Shown: positions 11,501 to 24,683 of the stretch, piece by piece
Numbering within the stretch: the stretch's first letter is position 1
Layout of the letters: every line of letters starts with the position of its first letter
NCBI GenBank assembly: GCA_043228905.1
Contig: JBHGNT010000016.1
Coordinates: 3,720,001-3,784,000, forward strand
Origin: Azolla caroliniana
Taxonomy: Eukaryota > Plantae > Polypodiophyta
Direction of reading: 5' to 3'
DNA length: 64,000 nt
Position numbers and translations under genes: made by a program
Notes under the pieces: generated by a model
Databases searched by the model: none
Told to the model about the DNA's origin: nothing
The model's input: only the letters and a program-made list of their open reading frames with translations

Positions 11501-14500
11501 TGTTTAAAAGACTTTTTTGGGAAGAGGCCAAATTTATTTCTGCAGTCTGTTTTTGTTATTCATTTTCTTATTTCTATAAGTATGCTGCCAGTTAATGTTT
11601 TTGAAATGAGCTGATCTGATTTTCAGAGAATCAGATGAGTTATTGAGGACAAAATGGCTCAATCTATTTGATTGGTAACATTGATAAATGATCAGAAAGC
11701 GTCTGATGAAAGAACCCCCCTGCATCCCCTCCCTATTCCTCCGCTCATAGAAAAGCACAAAAGCACAAATATATACATAGACGCCTCTAAGCTGGGTAAT
11801 GTTCTGCATATTAAGGAAGTCTCGTCGTGGCACTTCTAAAATACCAAAATCATCCGTAGACCATTACCATTTCACAGGAAAAGGTGAACCATAGCTAAGG
11901 ATATTGAAGCTACCTTTAGTCCATGCTCACCACATCTGAGTTGAACATTTAAAACAAATGAAATGCTGCACCGTTAACTTTGGAGGCTTCAAATTTTCAG
12001 GCTTTAACATGGCCAACATTTGATTTTTGTTTACCTCGTGAGCTTTTCTCTAGTTTTTGTGCAATGTTGTTGTGAGCAAGGATGAAATAGATTGATGAAG
12101 TTCATGCAATGAGAACTATGCATGATGATGTCATGTTTTTATTTGATCCTTTTGTAATTCTCTTTTGTAGTATGATATTCGCAAATTTTCACCTGATAGT
12201 GTTGATTGTACTGATAAAATAGTTTGACACAGGTTTTGAAGCCAGCATTCCTAAGGATGCAAGTTTCAGAACTATCTAAACAGTCAGATATGAAGGAATT
12301 AATAATCACGCAGCCAGATGATTGGCACTTACATCTAAGGGATGGAAATCACTTACATTCAGTTGTACAACATAGGTGATATTAGGTGAAGTTTTACCCA
12401 TTTTCACTCTTGAATCATCGTGCTCATTTTTATTTATTGATATATTGTAATGTAGTGCAACTACCTTCAAGCGGGCGATCATTATGCCAAACCTAAAGCC
12501 TCCAGTAACAACAGTTGGAGATGCCCTTTCTTATCGAGATCGAATTTTGAGAACACTTCCTCCTGATACTTCATTTCTCCCTTTAATGACCTTGTATTTA
12601 ACAGACAACACCACACCTGAAGAGATCAAATTTGCAAGTAAGCTAACAATGCTTACGTGCTTTCTATTTTAGCATGTTGTATGTTTGTGTTACGTAAAGT
12701 ATTAGTGGAATGTGTATTGGGCAGAAAAAGAATGGCATGTATATGTTTTATCCTTGGCATGGCTAATTAGGTAAGCTGAAAAACTGTTTATGGTTATACA
12801 GAACAAAGTGGGGCAGTGTATGCTGTAAAGTTGTATCCTGCAGGTGCTACTACAAATTCACAAGCTGGAGTAACTGATCTGTTTGGAAAATGTTTGCCAG
12901 CCTTACATGAGATGATAAATCAAGGACTGCCTTTGCTGGTAAATAGATGCCATTCTGTATTGTAATAATGGATCACTACATTCTTGCAACTCTTCTATAA
13001 TCTGTGTATATATATGATGGCCTAATTTTAGGTGCATGGAGAAGTAGCTGATCAGACAGTTGACATCTTTGACCGTGAAAGTGTCTTCATACATAAAATC
13101 CTGCAACCACTTGTAAATAAACTTCCACAACTCAAAATTGTGATGGAGCATATAACCACACGCGATGCAGTTGAGTTTGTGAAATCATGCCCTGAAGGTA
13201 TATCTAGCTGTTTGAATATGACATGTTTTCTATACTATATTGTGCATAAACTAATCGCAAATCAGGAACATCTCCTAAAGTTTAGTCCAGAACTTTGATG
13301 TTTAAGATGATTTCAATTACCATGCACTCTAAAATGTGAAATGATTAAAAATATAAGGTCAGTCATCATTAAATATATATTTATGCTTGTTAAATTACAG
13401 AGTACATAAATAAACTAGTTGTCGAGGGGGAATTTATAGACATTGTAATTTTGATGTTAGTGATGTAGAATTGTCTTATTGTTTTCCATTTTAATCACCA
13501 TGTGCTAGAAAATATGTATAACGGATTAAAATGGCAATGCTTACTCATAATGTAGATGCATGCTTGTTGCATTACTGAGTACAGGGCTGCACTAACTGTA
13601 AATTGGGAATGCCTATTTTCTCTTCATTAAAAGCTCTAAAGAATCCACACTATGTTTAAAGCAGGTAGATCATGAGAATAAGTTTGCATATGCTGCGTTA
13701 ACTTGAGGATTTAAATGTAAGTTATACGAAATTTGTAATTTATAAGATGCGATGTTTTGGAATAAATAATCATCTTAGCTTTTTCTTGGTGTGCGTGGAT
13801 GCAGTACCCTTAGGTTCATATTTGTATGCATTTTGTATATAATTTCTTAGACTAATTCATATTTATATACCATTTGTATGTAATGTTGTGCATAGACTAT
13901 TTGGTGCCCATCATTTTGAACATGAATTTTTTCATTGATGCAATATTTTCTGGTACACGGGTATGCCCTGCATTAACAAATAAGTTTAATACCTTAGTTT
14001 GTTTTGTAGGGTTTGTTGGAGCAACAGTCACTCCTCAACATATTGTAATGAACAGAAATGCATTATTTCGAGATGGGTTGCAACCTCACAATTACTGCTT
14101 ACCTATCCTAAAGCGAGAAGTCCATAGTAACGTTGATGAATGGTTTCTTAAAGTTATTAGTTCTTTTTTGTTTTACCAGCTTACAAGTATAACATTGCTG
14201 CATTTATTGCAGGGGATGCGGTCTTGAGTGCTGTGACAAGTGGAAGCAAGCAGTTCTTTCTTGGCACTGACAGTGCCCCTCATGAGAAGCATACGAAAGA
14301 AGCACCTTGTGGCTGTGCTGGCATTTTTAATGCTCCTGTCGCTTTATCTGTTTATGCTCAAGCATTCGAAGAGGCAAGGATCACACAACTCTGCAGAATA
14401 CATTTGTGTGCATATATGAAATATTGTCGTTTTCCTTTTTACATAGAATGCATTAAGTCTTCTATTTGGTACCCAAAACTAGAGAACCCCAACCCTAAGA

Positions 14501-15086
14501 TAGACAGAAAAATGTGAAGGGGTCTATTAGCACTACATTTGTGCAGACTTTCTTATGGTTAGTTGTGCACTTAGAATGTCTCAAAACTCCTTGACGAGCT
14601 CAGGTTGGGCTATTTGAGAAAAATCAGTACATAAGGTCCTTGTGATGTTGTAAGAGTACCATTGAATGCAATATAATAGCGCAGGTTTAGGGACATCCAT
14701 ATCTGGTTGAGTATTAAGATTCTGCCATGTATATATATTAGTTAAGATTTTCTTTATGTATCCCAAAAGAGATCCTCAATGTCTTTATACATATGCACCA
14801 AGAAAATATAATATACTACCTGCGTATTTGACTATTATTTCAATATATACCTTATGTTGTGGTAAGTTCACAATCCTATGTGTGCCCTTTGTCACAGGCT
14901 GGTGCTCTGGATAAGTTTGAGGCCTTTTCAAGCTTTAATGGACCTGATTTTTATGGGTTACCAAGGAATACAACAAAGATAACGTTAACAAAGAGAAATT
15001 GGACTGTACCAAAAGAATACAACTTTGGCTCAACCACAGTTGTCCCCATGTTTGCAGGAAAAACATTAGATTGGAAGATCGATTAA
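5582..15086 (+). CDS. PYR4: Dihydroorotase (E. coli PyrC-type, plant PYR4), about 410 aa with N-terminal extension
   Basis: Exons 5582-5719, 12233-12375, 12456-12637, 12802-12938, 13032-13197, 14010-14126, 14213-14373 and 14898-15086 join in frame (1233 nt). Motifs [74 protein letters not shown]. The first coding exon is the least certain. Confidence 0.93.
5898..6530 (-). repeat. 3' LTR of the copia element
   Basis: Direct repeat of 10715-11347. Only 3 differences seen by eye: 6096/10913, 6189/11006, 6469/11286. Confidence 0.97.
6525..9164 (-). CDS. Copia pol: integrase core, reverse transcriptase, RNase H (out of frame with gag-PR)
   Basis: [32 protein letters not shown] (integrase); [26 protein letters not shown] (RT); [26 protein letters not shown] (RNase H). 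Confidence 0.95.
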   Translation of the reverse strand: MFVMLAKHQRSAIPKESQNRAKTPLQLIHIDLSGKMVTPAMGGSLYYMLIVDDFSRKMWVYFLREKAEAFKIFKRWHKFVERESGKLVKELRSDRGGEFLSIEFCEYCKEHGIKRQLTTAYTPQQNGVVERRNRTVVEMARCMLKAQALPDPFWAEAVNTAVYILNRSYTKALQGKTPQEAYSGKKPSVLHFRTFGCMCYAHIPDVSRKKLDAKSKKCIFLGYSEESKAYRLYDPEARKILTSRDVVFDEEQPQLAENNDSQVISSTEEVFYPIPTHYPKKEAEPSDGNGSLVQPMPVPHVKKIPKWAQQLFNDHTPKVEFPETSTDGLRRSRRIQEQGRTSDHIVNMALMVDIIGSVSEPTSVEEAMADPKWKEAMISEYDSIMKNDTWELVERPTKKKVIGTKWVWKVKYKADGSLEKFKARLVAQGYSQIEGFDVQETFAPTARMTTIRMVIALAASRGWPIYQMDVKSAFLNGHLKEEVYVTQPPGFEIPNSENKVCKLKKALYGLKQAPRAWNKRIDSFLRSIDFKQCASDASMYVKMKDGKQVIIIIYVDDLVLTGDHEECIGQTQECLKTEFEMTDLGILHYFLGIEVWQTSVGIFMSQRKYATEILKTFGMMDSKSKSTPMESNCKLSQEDSSPMVDIRKYRQLVGSLIFLCNTRPDICFAVNVVSRFSNKPKETHWKAALRVLKYIVGTLNYGIFYKPTIDQLSGYCDSDWAGDSDSRKSVSGYCFSIGSGAVSWSSKKQPTVALSSTEAEYKAACIAACEVVWLRRILMDVAVPIRTATVLRCDNQSCMAIAKNPVFHARTKHIEIQYHYVRELINDEIVELEYCPTSENAADIFTKALGAEQLQQHLRRLGVGPIPSELNGLIIEGAC
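6531..6541 (-). other. Polypurine tract of the copia element
   Basis: Minus strand TTGAGGGGGCG directly abuts the TGTTAGA start of the 3' LTR. The pol ORF reads through it and stops inside the LTR. Confidence 0.85.
9073..10611 (-). CDS. Copia gag, zinc knuckle, aspartic protease and GAG-pre-integrase
   Basis: [14 protein letters not shown] (gag N-terminus), [14 protein letters not shown] knuckle, [12 protein letters not shown] protease, WHERFGH..CDAC integrase HHCC motif. Confidence 0.93.
   Translation of the reverse strand: MALSTNVAAAPLRIRPPPLSDGKLDGTNYTLWKFKMSAILDSYELLETIMGPTGGDPEPMATFDPAHPTTSIPPNADLLRAWKRRNADALCTIVTGVCDSVLTLVQHTTRAHEAWSILASQYETRNYTRIQNLENQLAAEKLADGEKVESFVKRIKDLQDQLAAVGVVVSQEDMARQCIRVLPFKYDGIVTALNTQVRPTPLKFDELSAMLLEEELRQKTREEREDSAFVSRTKGEGASNSNNANRIPKKKKFNGSCFYCDKKGHTIKDCRKKMADEKNGSNKTSWREPESANNVVDELELWVATEEVCSSVDTQVVDESWILDSGASRHMTSNRDWYSSWTPLQEPINVVVGNNARCPAKGTGTVSLKATTGGTKHLSQVLYVPDLKKNLLSISALTDKGLDVRFKKSGAEITDSAGKVVGIGVRRNNLYELSAFTISTDHSTSTNTKQWHERFGHLNVAVLKEMKKSNMVVGLPTLSDLSHVCDACQASKISHSKRESKSGKDSSTANTH
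10703..10714 (-). other. Primer binding site for tRNA-iMet
   Basis: Minus strand TGGTATCAGAGC immediately after the 5' LTR. Confidence 0.95.
10715..11347 (-). repeat. 5' LTR of the copia element
   Basis: Element-strand termini TGTTAGA...TCTAATA, followed by the PBS. Confidence 0.97.
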
Positions 15087-15616
15087 AGTACAACCATTTT
15101 TCCCTTTGCCATATTGGTCATTTGTCAAATACAGCAGACCTAAAATCAATCGCAAAAAATTCAGTTTAAGGTTTGAACGTCATGCGTCCTCAGAATTCAA
15201 GTCATCCTTGCTGGTTATAAAAAACAGTTGTGCCTCTCTGCTGTTAGCAGTCAGCAAATCATCACAAAATTCTGTTATGGATCAATAAAAAACCATATCG
15301 CTGAGACATGTATGGTTTCCTATGGTTTTCATCTTCCAATCATATTTGAGGAGTTCCTTTTTTAATGATATCATCGAATGTGAGTATACACAATTTTGCA
15401 TGAAATTTGTTATGTTTGAGTCAATAAATTTGATAGGGTTTTAGAGGCCATTGATTTCAATCTACTTTTGTCAAAAAGTGGAGAGATTGTTGTAAGGTGG
15501 TAATTGTTGTGGCTGTTCGCCTCACGTCATGTTTTCAACTAGTAATATAAAGTGTTACTAAAATAAATAAAAACATATTCAGAACCTATTGGCATGCGAA
15601 TTTCATTGGGTAGTAG

Positions 15617-15764
15617 GCTTATGGATGAGAGTAAATAATTACACCATTAGCCAACCAATGAAAGATTTTGAAATCAGAGGTTATGGAGGGGCTTATGGAT
15701 GAGAGTAAATAATTACACCATTAGCCAACCAATGAAAGATTTTGAAATCAGAGGTTATGGAGGG
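15617..15764. repeat. Perfect tandem duplication, 74 bp x2
   Basis: gcttatggatgagagtaaataattacaccattagcc...gttatggaggg at 15617 and 15691. Confidence 0.9.
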
Positions 15765-16106
15765 TTTGACTGTGACAATCTTCCAGTATCTTTACCTATT
15801 CATAATGGATCTATGATATACTAAACTTAATAGTCCATCCTTAATAATAGGTTTAACAGTTGTCCACCCATTTTAGGCCCTTGAAAATGCCACCTGGCAT
15901 GTAATTGCTTTTTGAAAGAGTTAACATGAATGAAAACAATTTATTTGTCAACACGGATAGGGGGTAAATATTTTCCTCATCCATGAACTTCTTTATAAAC
16001 TGCCCGTTTAAAACAAAAAATAGCATCAACTATAATTAATAAATTACATAAAATATATATATAAATATGTACTAACTCTTGAGCATTTTATTCTTTCATA
16101 ATTGTG

Positions 16107-16135
16107 TACACACACACACACACACACACATATAT

Positions 16136-16170
<35 letters not shown>
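16107..16170. repeat. Compound microsatellite (CA)n(TA)n(GA)n
   Basis: Directly visible in the sequence. Confidence 0.9.
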
Positions 16171-17953
16171 TTTTGTTTATGTCAAAGATACATAAGAAAT
16201 TTGATTATCAATAATTTATTGTTTTCCAAAGTTATTTTGTCCAAAGTAATATGATAAATATTTGGATAAATTAGATACATGCACAAGAAAGTGGTTACGA
16301 GTGTTATGCAATCATTTTGGGAAGGCTTTATGTGCATTGATTAAACAAGTAGAACGTGATGGAGAAAGATATTTTTTCTTTATGAGGATGAGAAAACACT
16401 TCAGAGATAATACTATACAAGTCTTGGAAAGATTGTTGTATCGTGATATGGTTGGGAGTCGGGACCAATCTTTTCCATGGGTAATGAAACTTTGGGGCTG
16501 GTTCTTGTTTTGACACACTATTTGCATGTGAAATAGGTTTATCCAAGATGAATAAGATCAAAAACAGATTTCTAAACAAACGCTTAAATTGTCAAGTTTA
16601 TTAATGTTCGGGGGCTATCAATACATAAAGTGAAACCAAATTTGAAGAGTTTATGTGAAGTGAATGCTTAGAAGGTCGAAAATACATGAAGAATAGAAGA
16701 ATTGGATCATTGGCAACAAGATGATATTTATCTATGAATATGTCAAGACATATGCTTAGATTTATTATCTTTTTATAGCATCATGTGGTTTTTGCACATA
16801 TATATTAATACTTGTTTTCAGAGTGGATTACGTCATCTCTTTTTTAGTGTTATGAGATTTTTAGTAAAATTCACATTTATCAAAATAAATAAATGACAGT
16901 TTTATAGTATTATATGGATTCATGAAAAACATAGCAAGTTAGACACTTGGCATTCCAACAAGATTGGCATGTTTTAAAAATACACATCCTGGGATTTTGC
17001 TTCTAGACCTCTAGTTTCATTGAAAGTTCTCATCACTCAATAATTCTAGTTCCAAGGCAATTCTTCTCTCACTAAATCTTTTTGTCAAAGAGTAAAAAAT
17101 TCTCCAATTATGAACTACAAACCTCTTTACATAGTTTTATTAAAAGGTTTTTCCAAGAAACGCTGTTTTAAGGAAAATTCAATCAACATTAAATTATGCA
17201 AAGCTCTTAAATCATGCAGGTTGGTTTCCAGCCCTCGTAACAACAATAAAACTACATGCCACAGTCCAGCTTTCCATGTAACATAGGTTCATAGGTTACT
17301 GTCTTTCGATTGAATTGACAAAAGACGTATTGTTCAGATTTGCTTGCAGACATTGTGGACATTGCAATATTGACACAAGATCAAATGCCACTCCCTGCCA
17401 ATTGTTCGGTGTAGATACTCCATGAAGTGATTACTAGGATTTTTCTTCTAAAGTATTAGGTCCAGATCTCACTTCCATCATCAATCAATGTGAGCACCAC
17501 ACTCATGTTGATATCTGCTCAATTTCAGTTTGTATTGTAGACTACTGAGCTTACCACACATTATAAATGTAAACTCATACCCAAGAAGAATTAAATTTAG
17601 CCAAGGACATAATTGGGCAAATTACATCTTATGAAATCCTAAATGCACATGATAATGTGGTTGCCATTCAGTAAACATTTAGCTTACTTTTTGGGTAATA
17701 AATGAGTACATTCTTAAAATAATCCTAGATTTTATATTCATTTATCTTAAAGTGTTTCCAAAAACCTTTGTTTCACCAAATATAGCTCCTATTGTTTGCC
17801 TACATATTAGATGATTGGTACAATGGCAAGGGAGCTTTTGCATTTGGTCAAGAGCCAATTACGTTGAGTACATCTTGCATTAGATGTATGCCATTACTGG
17901 TGTTCATTGACAGATAAAAAACTGATTATCATCCTACATATGTATGTGCCAAA

Positions 17954-20900
17954 CTACACTGTGTTCCGTTTGTCTACAAGTGCTCTCATTATGCAACCCA
18001 TGCCAGCTTTCTCTGTGAGCTTCTCATGGAGCCTCAAGCATTGGTCACATGTTGGCCGGTCTCCTGTCGACAAACCCCGATAAATGTACCTATTGCATGT
18101 AAAGATTAGATGAACTCCACTTTCCACCATAAAACCAAATCTCATTTTATTTTTTTCTTACTTCATTAAGATGTCATAGAATTCTGATTCCAAGGATGCA
18201 AGCAGATCATCAATGTCTTTCGATGCCATAAGCACTCGATGAACCACAACCCAATTTGCTGACTGCAGGCCAAAAAGATGTACATGACTACTCTGCCTGC
18301 CAAAATATGTTTCTTTTTTTTGTAAATACTTAATCTAGTTTCTTTCTTTAAGTAGTTAACATTTTGAGCACTCACCTTGCACGTCTCATCCTTTGCTCTT
18401 GTAGGAGAGTCATCAAGAGCAGTCTTTAAAGCCTCAGCATACTGACCTCTGGAAGCAAATGCTAATATTAGACCAGACATAAAGAAACATGGTAATGCAT
18501 GTACATTTGTAATTTTAATCAATAATGCTAATACTTGACTTTTAAAATGATATTGATAGGGAATGCTAGATTGTGAATATTTCATTATTGTTTCAGTTTG
18601 TGCACTTAAACATTTCCTTTTAGTCATAAGAAAATAACATTACTGCGCCATATTCAAAGACCATCTAAATATCATCATACTCCCCTCCCTATTATTGGTA
18701 CCCTTTTGCCTGTAAATAATGTGTAAAAAAGGGCTACTAACCTTCTCTTAACATCATCCTCTGTGGTTATATGACCTTGAGACAGTCTTCCTAGTCAAAT
18801 TGGGGCATTGATAGAAAGCCTAATCTACGCAAAGGGGAATACACACGGTCACGAAGCTAAAGAGGACGTTCTCCCAACAGGTAAGCCCATTTGGAGCATG
18901 GTTTCTCTATATGTGGTTCATGCCGACCTCTGCTGAAAGATGAAGACAATGACATTGAGCAGCTCATCATAGTTTATGCTGATGATCGATTGGCTATAGT
19001 AGGATGATATAGGTGTACATAGTTAAGGAGAAAGCCAGAGTTTTTGGCACGAGAACAGACTAGAAGTCAAACGTTTATTAACACTGGACTCTGGTGTTGC
19101 TCACAGCAGGTTTTATGAGTAAACAAAAGGAATAGTGTCCCAGAAAAGCCGTCGATTTTGTAATGGAGGGCTCCTGGCATATGAAATATTCCAATTTCAA
19201 ATTATTATTTAATTAGACACAGATTTGATCCACTTGGAAAGAAATTTTCTTTCCCTTCCGACAGGTAATGGCAAAAACTATTTACACTATATATCATTCT
19301 GAGTGCCTCCCGATCGGTTGTTTAGTAGTTTCACTCCACTTTTGACAGCTTGACTGGCATAATATGTTGGCTGGTACCACTTGGGATTGTAACGTTGCAT
19401 GAAAACACTTCTGATTGCCACATCTGAAGCATCCACAGAGACATGGAGCTTCTTGTCCTAGTTAGATGGCTATACAGCTGGATCTTGTGGCTGCAGTAAC
19501 TACAACTCTATCTTGCCTTCTCTCCAATTTCTGTCCATGTGAAGCAATCTGATGCACCACTGTGTGCAGAGTGTGGCCAAATCTGCTAGATACCTCAGCA
19601 GCCTGCTGTGCCAATAGATATTTGACCAAGGAATCATGGAAATGCCTTGGGGATCATTGGAGATGGAGCTTCAACAATTGCTTTGACTTTTCTTGGGTCC
19701 ATTGCAATTCCACCCTTGCTTATGATGTCACCCAGGAGCATTCTGTTTGATACAGTGAAAGTAAATTTCGTCTGGTTCGAGTTAAGTCATGCTTCTCTGC
19801 ATTTTCCTAAGTCAATAACTACTTTAGATGTTCACCCACCGCTCTGAACACAATGAAATCGAGGAAAACGTCTTGCATAAATGTAGGAATATATGACTCA
19901 ATGATTATTCATTGGAACATTGCTGAAATGGTTTTTAATCCAACCACCATTATCACCACAATTACTGCTGTCTTCTCTTGATCTTCATGTGTCATGCAAA
20001 TTTGGTTGTACCCACTGAACTATTAAGGAAACTGCATACTTTGTACCTTGCTACTGTATCTAAAATTGCATAAATGAAGGGCTATGAGAATGGGTCACAG
20101 ACTGTTGCAGCATAATTGTCAACACTAATACCTGAAAACAAATGCATATAATGGTGTATGGTATCTACGCAAAAGCTCTACAGAAGATGCAGTGCTTTTG
20201 AAAGAATGGAAATATTCAAGAAAAAGATTGACTACAATTGTCTTTGAAAGATTTGTACATCTGTTCTCATCATTTGAAGGACAACATTCTAGATGATCCA
20301 TATCATCTTTGATGAACCCCGAAGCATAGTGACCTCCACTTGCTTGGTGCTCTTTTTGAAGTCTGGATTCTAAGTCATGGTGATGCATCTTTGACCATTG
20401 CATACCATCCAAAGAAGACTCCTATACTGGAACTTGGAAAGCTTCCATAACCTGTCATGGCCAAACCAGCATGTTGAAGAACATGCAAAGATCACTGAAT
20501 TCTGTTTCTGTATTGGAAAGTGATATGATGCCAGATACTAAATCATCTAAGAGTTTTCTTTGTATCCCATCTTGAAACAATACCTAGATTCTAGACACCG
20601 ACCTTTCGTTGGATCACCTAGTCAATTTTGAGACAAAAATACTTGGGTAACATAGTGCATTAGCTGAACTTTATCTTGAGTTCCATCATACCACCAAAAA
20701 ACACAAGTGCCATCAATCACGACATTCCATACAATGGATGGTCAATAATATCAATGCTCCCAAAGAACCTTTACCACCCACTTCAGCACAATCAAGCAAA
20801 AAAAGACTCCAAATGTCTCAAACCAGATTTGACATATTGACTACAAATCACTTTTGAATGAGCTGGACAACCACCATGTCATATATATAATTAGGTTGAG

Positions 20901-21040
20901 GTTAAAAGAGTATGAGCTTACGATTTTAGTTGCCATTCCACTTGTTGGGACTTTAGCTCTATACGGTTGATTATAGTCTCCACTGGCTCACTGTCTTCAG
21001 AGTCATATTCCTCCAGGACTCCTACCTCCTCATCCGCCAT
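17954..21040 (-). CDS. ARPC5: Actin-related protein 2/3 complex subunit 5, about 142 aa
   Basis: Exons 21040-20922, 18448-18376, 18262-18162 and 18089-17954 are in frame with GT-AG introns. Protein reads EALKTALDDSPTRAKDETCKSANWVVVHRVL..YDILMKYIYRGLSTGDRPTCDQCLRLHEKLTEKAGMGCIMRAL. A probable 5' UTR exon ends at a donor at 24535. Confidence 0.92.
19290..20100 (-). mobile_element. Degenerate Ty3/gypsy pol remnant (RT and RNase H) in an ARPC5 intron; boundaries approximate
   Basis: Minus-strand fragments LLGDIISKGGIAMDPRKVKAIVEAPSP (RT) and HVSVDASDVAI..WYQPTYYAS (RNase H), interrupted by stops and frameshifts. Confidence 0.75.
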
Positions 21041-22150
21041 AACTTATGCTCAGATCTTGTTTTAAAACACATATATTAAACACATGTGTGTGTAAAATGA
21101 ACAATCGTTTTACAGAAAGATTCGAATGGTTACTTTCAACATTCACATCTGTAACCTATTTTTAAAGCTTCAACAAACTTGAAATACTTAGGTGACAAAT
21201 AACAGCATCAATTATGATATATTTTGATGCCTAATTTGGAGAGAAATCTTTTACCCACGTTTTCATCTGGACTGCATAATGCATTTATGAGCAGATAATT
21301 GTCATCTTCCAAAGGTGCCAAAATATTGGCCTTTGGACTATTCAGCAAAATGACAACTGAGAACCAGACATTTACAAATGAAACTAGACATTGCAATCCT
21401 AGTTTTTCAATGACCGAGCAATCAGATATCTACAAAAGCCTGCATATGGCCCCAAAATTAGGTCTGTTACAAGACGATGATATCCTGAGGGCCAAAAAAT
21501 AACATTCAGCATGCTCGGTGTTTGGGAAAGTTTTCTTTACAGAGCAACTTAAGTTTCTTTTCATGAATGAAATTATTTGACATTATCAAAAACTACCAAA
21601 AAGGCATAAAAAAATTGTAGAAATTTATATATTCATCTGTAAGATTTTGTACATTTCGTAGGGGATATTCACAGTGCCACACAAATAAAACAATAAAAAT
21701 TATAACCATTCACATATATATGAACCCAAACGGATTGCTGAAAAGCATTTAAGCTTTAAATATCTGCATGTTTGGAATTAGTTTCTAAATATAACTGAGT
21801 TTTAGAGCCTTTACAGCTCCAGGAGTTGGTTGCTATAGCAAGGTGACAAGGCAATTAGTTGGCGTAGAAGGGAACTTACCCTAACCAATTGCCCACATTC
21901 ATGTTATAGTGTGAGGGCTCTCTATCCTTGATTTGCATTAGCCATATTCATCTTTAAATATGTGTTAACCCCTCTGACATTTTCACTCTATTTCGAGGGT
22001 GATATAAGCAAATGTGTACATATATATACACATAGAACGTAATAAACATGTTTGTTCAAGCATACAAATGTTTGGAAACGAACACATTTGAAAAGGGAAA
22101 AATGTGTGCTCCATTTTTTCCCTTCTTTTCCGTATTTTATTATTAGAAAT

Positions 22151-22211
22151 TAGCTCACCCTAGTGGTAAGTTGTTGTGCTACTATTGCCTATGTCTTGGG
22201 TTCGAATCCTA
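22151..22211 (+). mobile_element. tRNA-derived SINE-like head with Pol III A and B boxes
   Basis: D-arm-like CCTAGTGGTAAG (about 22159-22170) and an exact B box GGTTCGAATCC (22199-22209) at tRNA-like spacing. No foldable acceptor stem seen. Confidence 0.5.
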
Positions 22212-22224
22212 ATTTCTCTCTCTC

Positions 22225-22940
22225 AGAGGGAGAACACTATGTTTGTCATTGTAGTGTCTTTTATGAAATCAGAGGGAGATACCATTGCCTCTTTAAACAA
22301 GGCTTTGGCCCACTACGCAAGGTGATGGAATATGAGGACCAAAGATGCCTAGGACTTTTCTTGCTCGAGCTCAAGAGACATCGGGAAAAGTTGTTGAAGA
22401 ATGCATCCACACAAGCTCATCCACAAAGAACAATCACAACTTTCTTTAGCTCCATCACTCCTAATGCTAGAAGTCAACCCCAGGATACAGAAATGGGATC
22501 CAGACCTGGATATAACAAAGGGGTTACGATTGATCGGGCAATGGCAATTGGCCGTGCACGTAGGCCCCGGCCCCATGGACCACGACCTCGACACCCTTGT
22601 CATCGACAAATAAAAGCCATTATCTCCCGCCATCGTAGGTGCTTCCCTCGCTTCGGAGAAATTTCCATTCTGGATCGACCTATGATAGAGATCTTTCGGA
22701 GACAAAAGCTACAATACACCTAACTTGAGAATCTCGCATGTGCCAAAAACCAGATTCTCTCGTCTCTTTTCTTTTCATCCTATTTACTTTTATATTTACT
22801 GTGTAATATTTACTTTATTTTGATTTGTTCTCAAAGACGAGAAAACATTTAAGATGTAATCTCTTATTCGGTCTTATAGGCCATTTTGGCCTCTTAAAAG
22901 ACGTTAATATTTCTTTCTTTCTTTCTTTCTTTCTTTCTCA
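22225..22940 (+). mobile_element. 5'-truncated RTE-like LINE 3' end with (TTTC)n tail
   Basis: Reads EHYVCHCSVFYEIRGRYHCLF (C-terminal Cys/His motif). Homologous to the reverse complement of about 60250-60960, which is attached to an RT. Confidence 0.8.
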
Positions 22941-24667
22941 CTCTCTCTCTTTAGTGTCATGTGATAGTAAAATTTTATGTTACTGTCATGTTTTCTTTAT
23001 ATTCTCCAATATATGTTTTATGAGTTTTTGAGCGTTTGATTATAATTTATAATGACATATTTTGATTCAATCTCTATAGTTCCTACTCATTTTTTTGTAA
23101 AGTTCTAAAGTGAAGAAATTGATACCTTCACTAGTTTCGAGATGAGAACATCGATAATTGCACGATGAGCTCATCATCAATACAATTATGTCTTTGAATT
23201 ATTTGATTTTTATGTTCATGCTTTCTAATGTTTAGTAGTTAAGTAATTCGTTAGTTTTGAACTTTCAATTGTGTTGACATTTGATTCAATCAATATATAA
23301 TATAGACCATAGTCATTTTTTGAAATTCCAATCTATTTATATTTTTTCCAACTTTGAGATGATTTACCATACACGTTTGATTGAATCATTCTCGAATGCG
23401 AATTCATGTATGGTACGTATGATTCATTATATGTATATACATAACAATTACAGTGTGATTCTTCATTTCCTAATGGAACCAAAACAAAGAAACTGCTGCA
23501 TTTCTTCAATTCACATTTCTTGGTTTCAGAAAAGCTGTTCAACTACGTGCCCCATCTTGTTTTCTGAAAGTAGAAAACCCTTCAAGACATCTCTATCGAT
23601 ACAACATACAGTGTCAAGCTCCTAAGATATCCACTTTGCCCTTTTTCAAAAAAACTCTAGAGTTGAATGGATCCAACTATTGGGTATGGAAGCCAAAGAT
23701 TATGATGACTTGTGTCTTCACGAGGTTCATGCTTTAGCTACGTGACACGCGCAAATCAATGACGAACAAGGACAGCATCCTTGATTGATAGAACATATGA
23801 ACCTAGTTGATTTTATAACTAGGACGATCGGACAGAAACATGAAAATCCCCTCTCAAAGAAGATCATTGAGATGTCTGAAGACAATGCATTTGTGCGACT
23901 CTGTGCTAGTAGCAGGAGTTCCTGAACCTCCAATGCACATTATTCAATTCCATCAATAGATTGATAAAACAATTCTGGGAGATCTACACAACCTTGTAGC
24001 GGCAGGCAGTACATGGTCCTAGTGCCACTATTCAAACTTCAAGATAAGTATGATAGCTACTTCCAAAGTCTGGTGAAATCAACTCAACCTGAGCCTACGC
24101 ATTTCCGATTTGCAAAGTCAAATATGTATTTACTTTTATCTTGCCAGGGCAGCTAGCTACTAGTCACCTGGCATTTCTCATAGACTGATGATGATGTGCC
24201 ACATCCGCACGGATTTCTGTGCCAGCATTTTGTCGGCTGGCTTGAGGCCTAAGTAATTCCAATGATTTTGCGCCACATCAGTAGGCAATGCATGCATTGG
24301 ATTTGAATCCCTTTAGTTTCAAGGATCTAAAAGATCGCCTCGATTACGTAAAGGAATCAACATGAAAACAACACAAAATCCAGGGGACACGGATTTGCAA
24401 AAATCAATGACGAAAATAGAAGATATGAGCAAAAAATAAAAACAAGTCATAACAGAGGATGAAGAACGAAACATTCCAGAAAAGATGATAAGGGGCAAAT
24501 TTCGTTATACACAGACAGAGGTAGAGATGCTTACCTTTCCAAGAAAGACGAGTTTCTGTTGATGGGTTTGCTCTTTTCCTCAGAATGGAGCATTTGTAGA
24601 GCCATTTCTCTGTGTGTTCAAATGGGGGGGGAGCCTGGGAGGGCAGGGGAGCAGGAAACGGAAACGG

Positions 24668-24683
24668 TTCGGCTCAAGCCGAA
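24668..24683. promoter_or_regulatory. TTCGG-N6-CCGAA palindrome upstream of the ARPC5 leader exon
   Basis: Sequence ttcgg-ctcaag-ccgaa; the same motif occurs at 27088 and 45704. Function is inferred only. Confidence 0.45.

Noticed and set aside
16262-16579. Short ORFs between DHOase and ARPC5
   Set aside because: No recognisable motif or splice structure. Possibly TE debris, but I cannot support a call.
22151-22225. Functional tRNA gene
   Set aside because: A B box is present, but no acceptor or anticodon stems could be folded.
21040-24605. ATG at 24605 (minus strand) as an ARPC5 N-terminal extension or uORF
   Set aside because: The acceptor upstream of the 21040 ATG is ambiguous, so the frame relationship cannot be fixed without transcripts.
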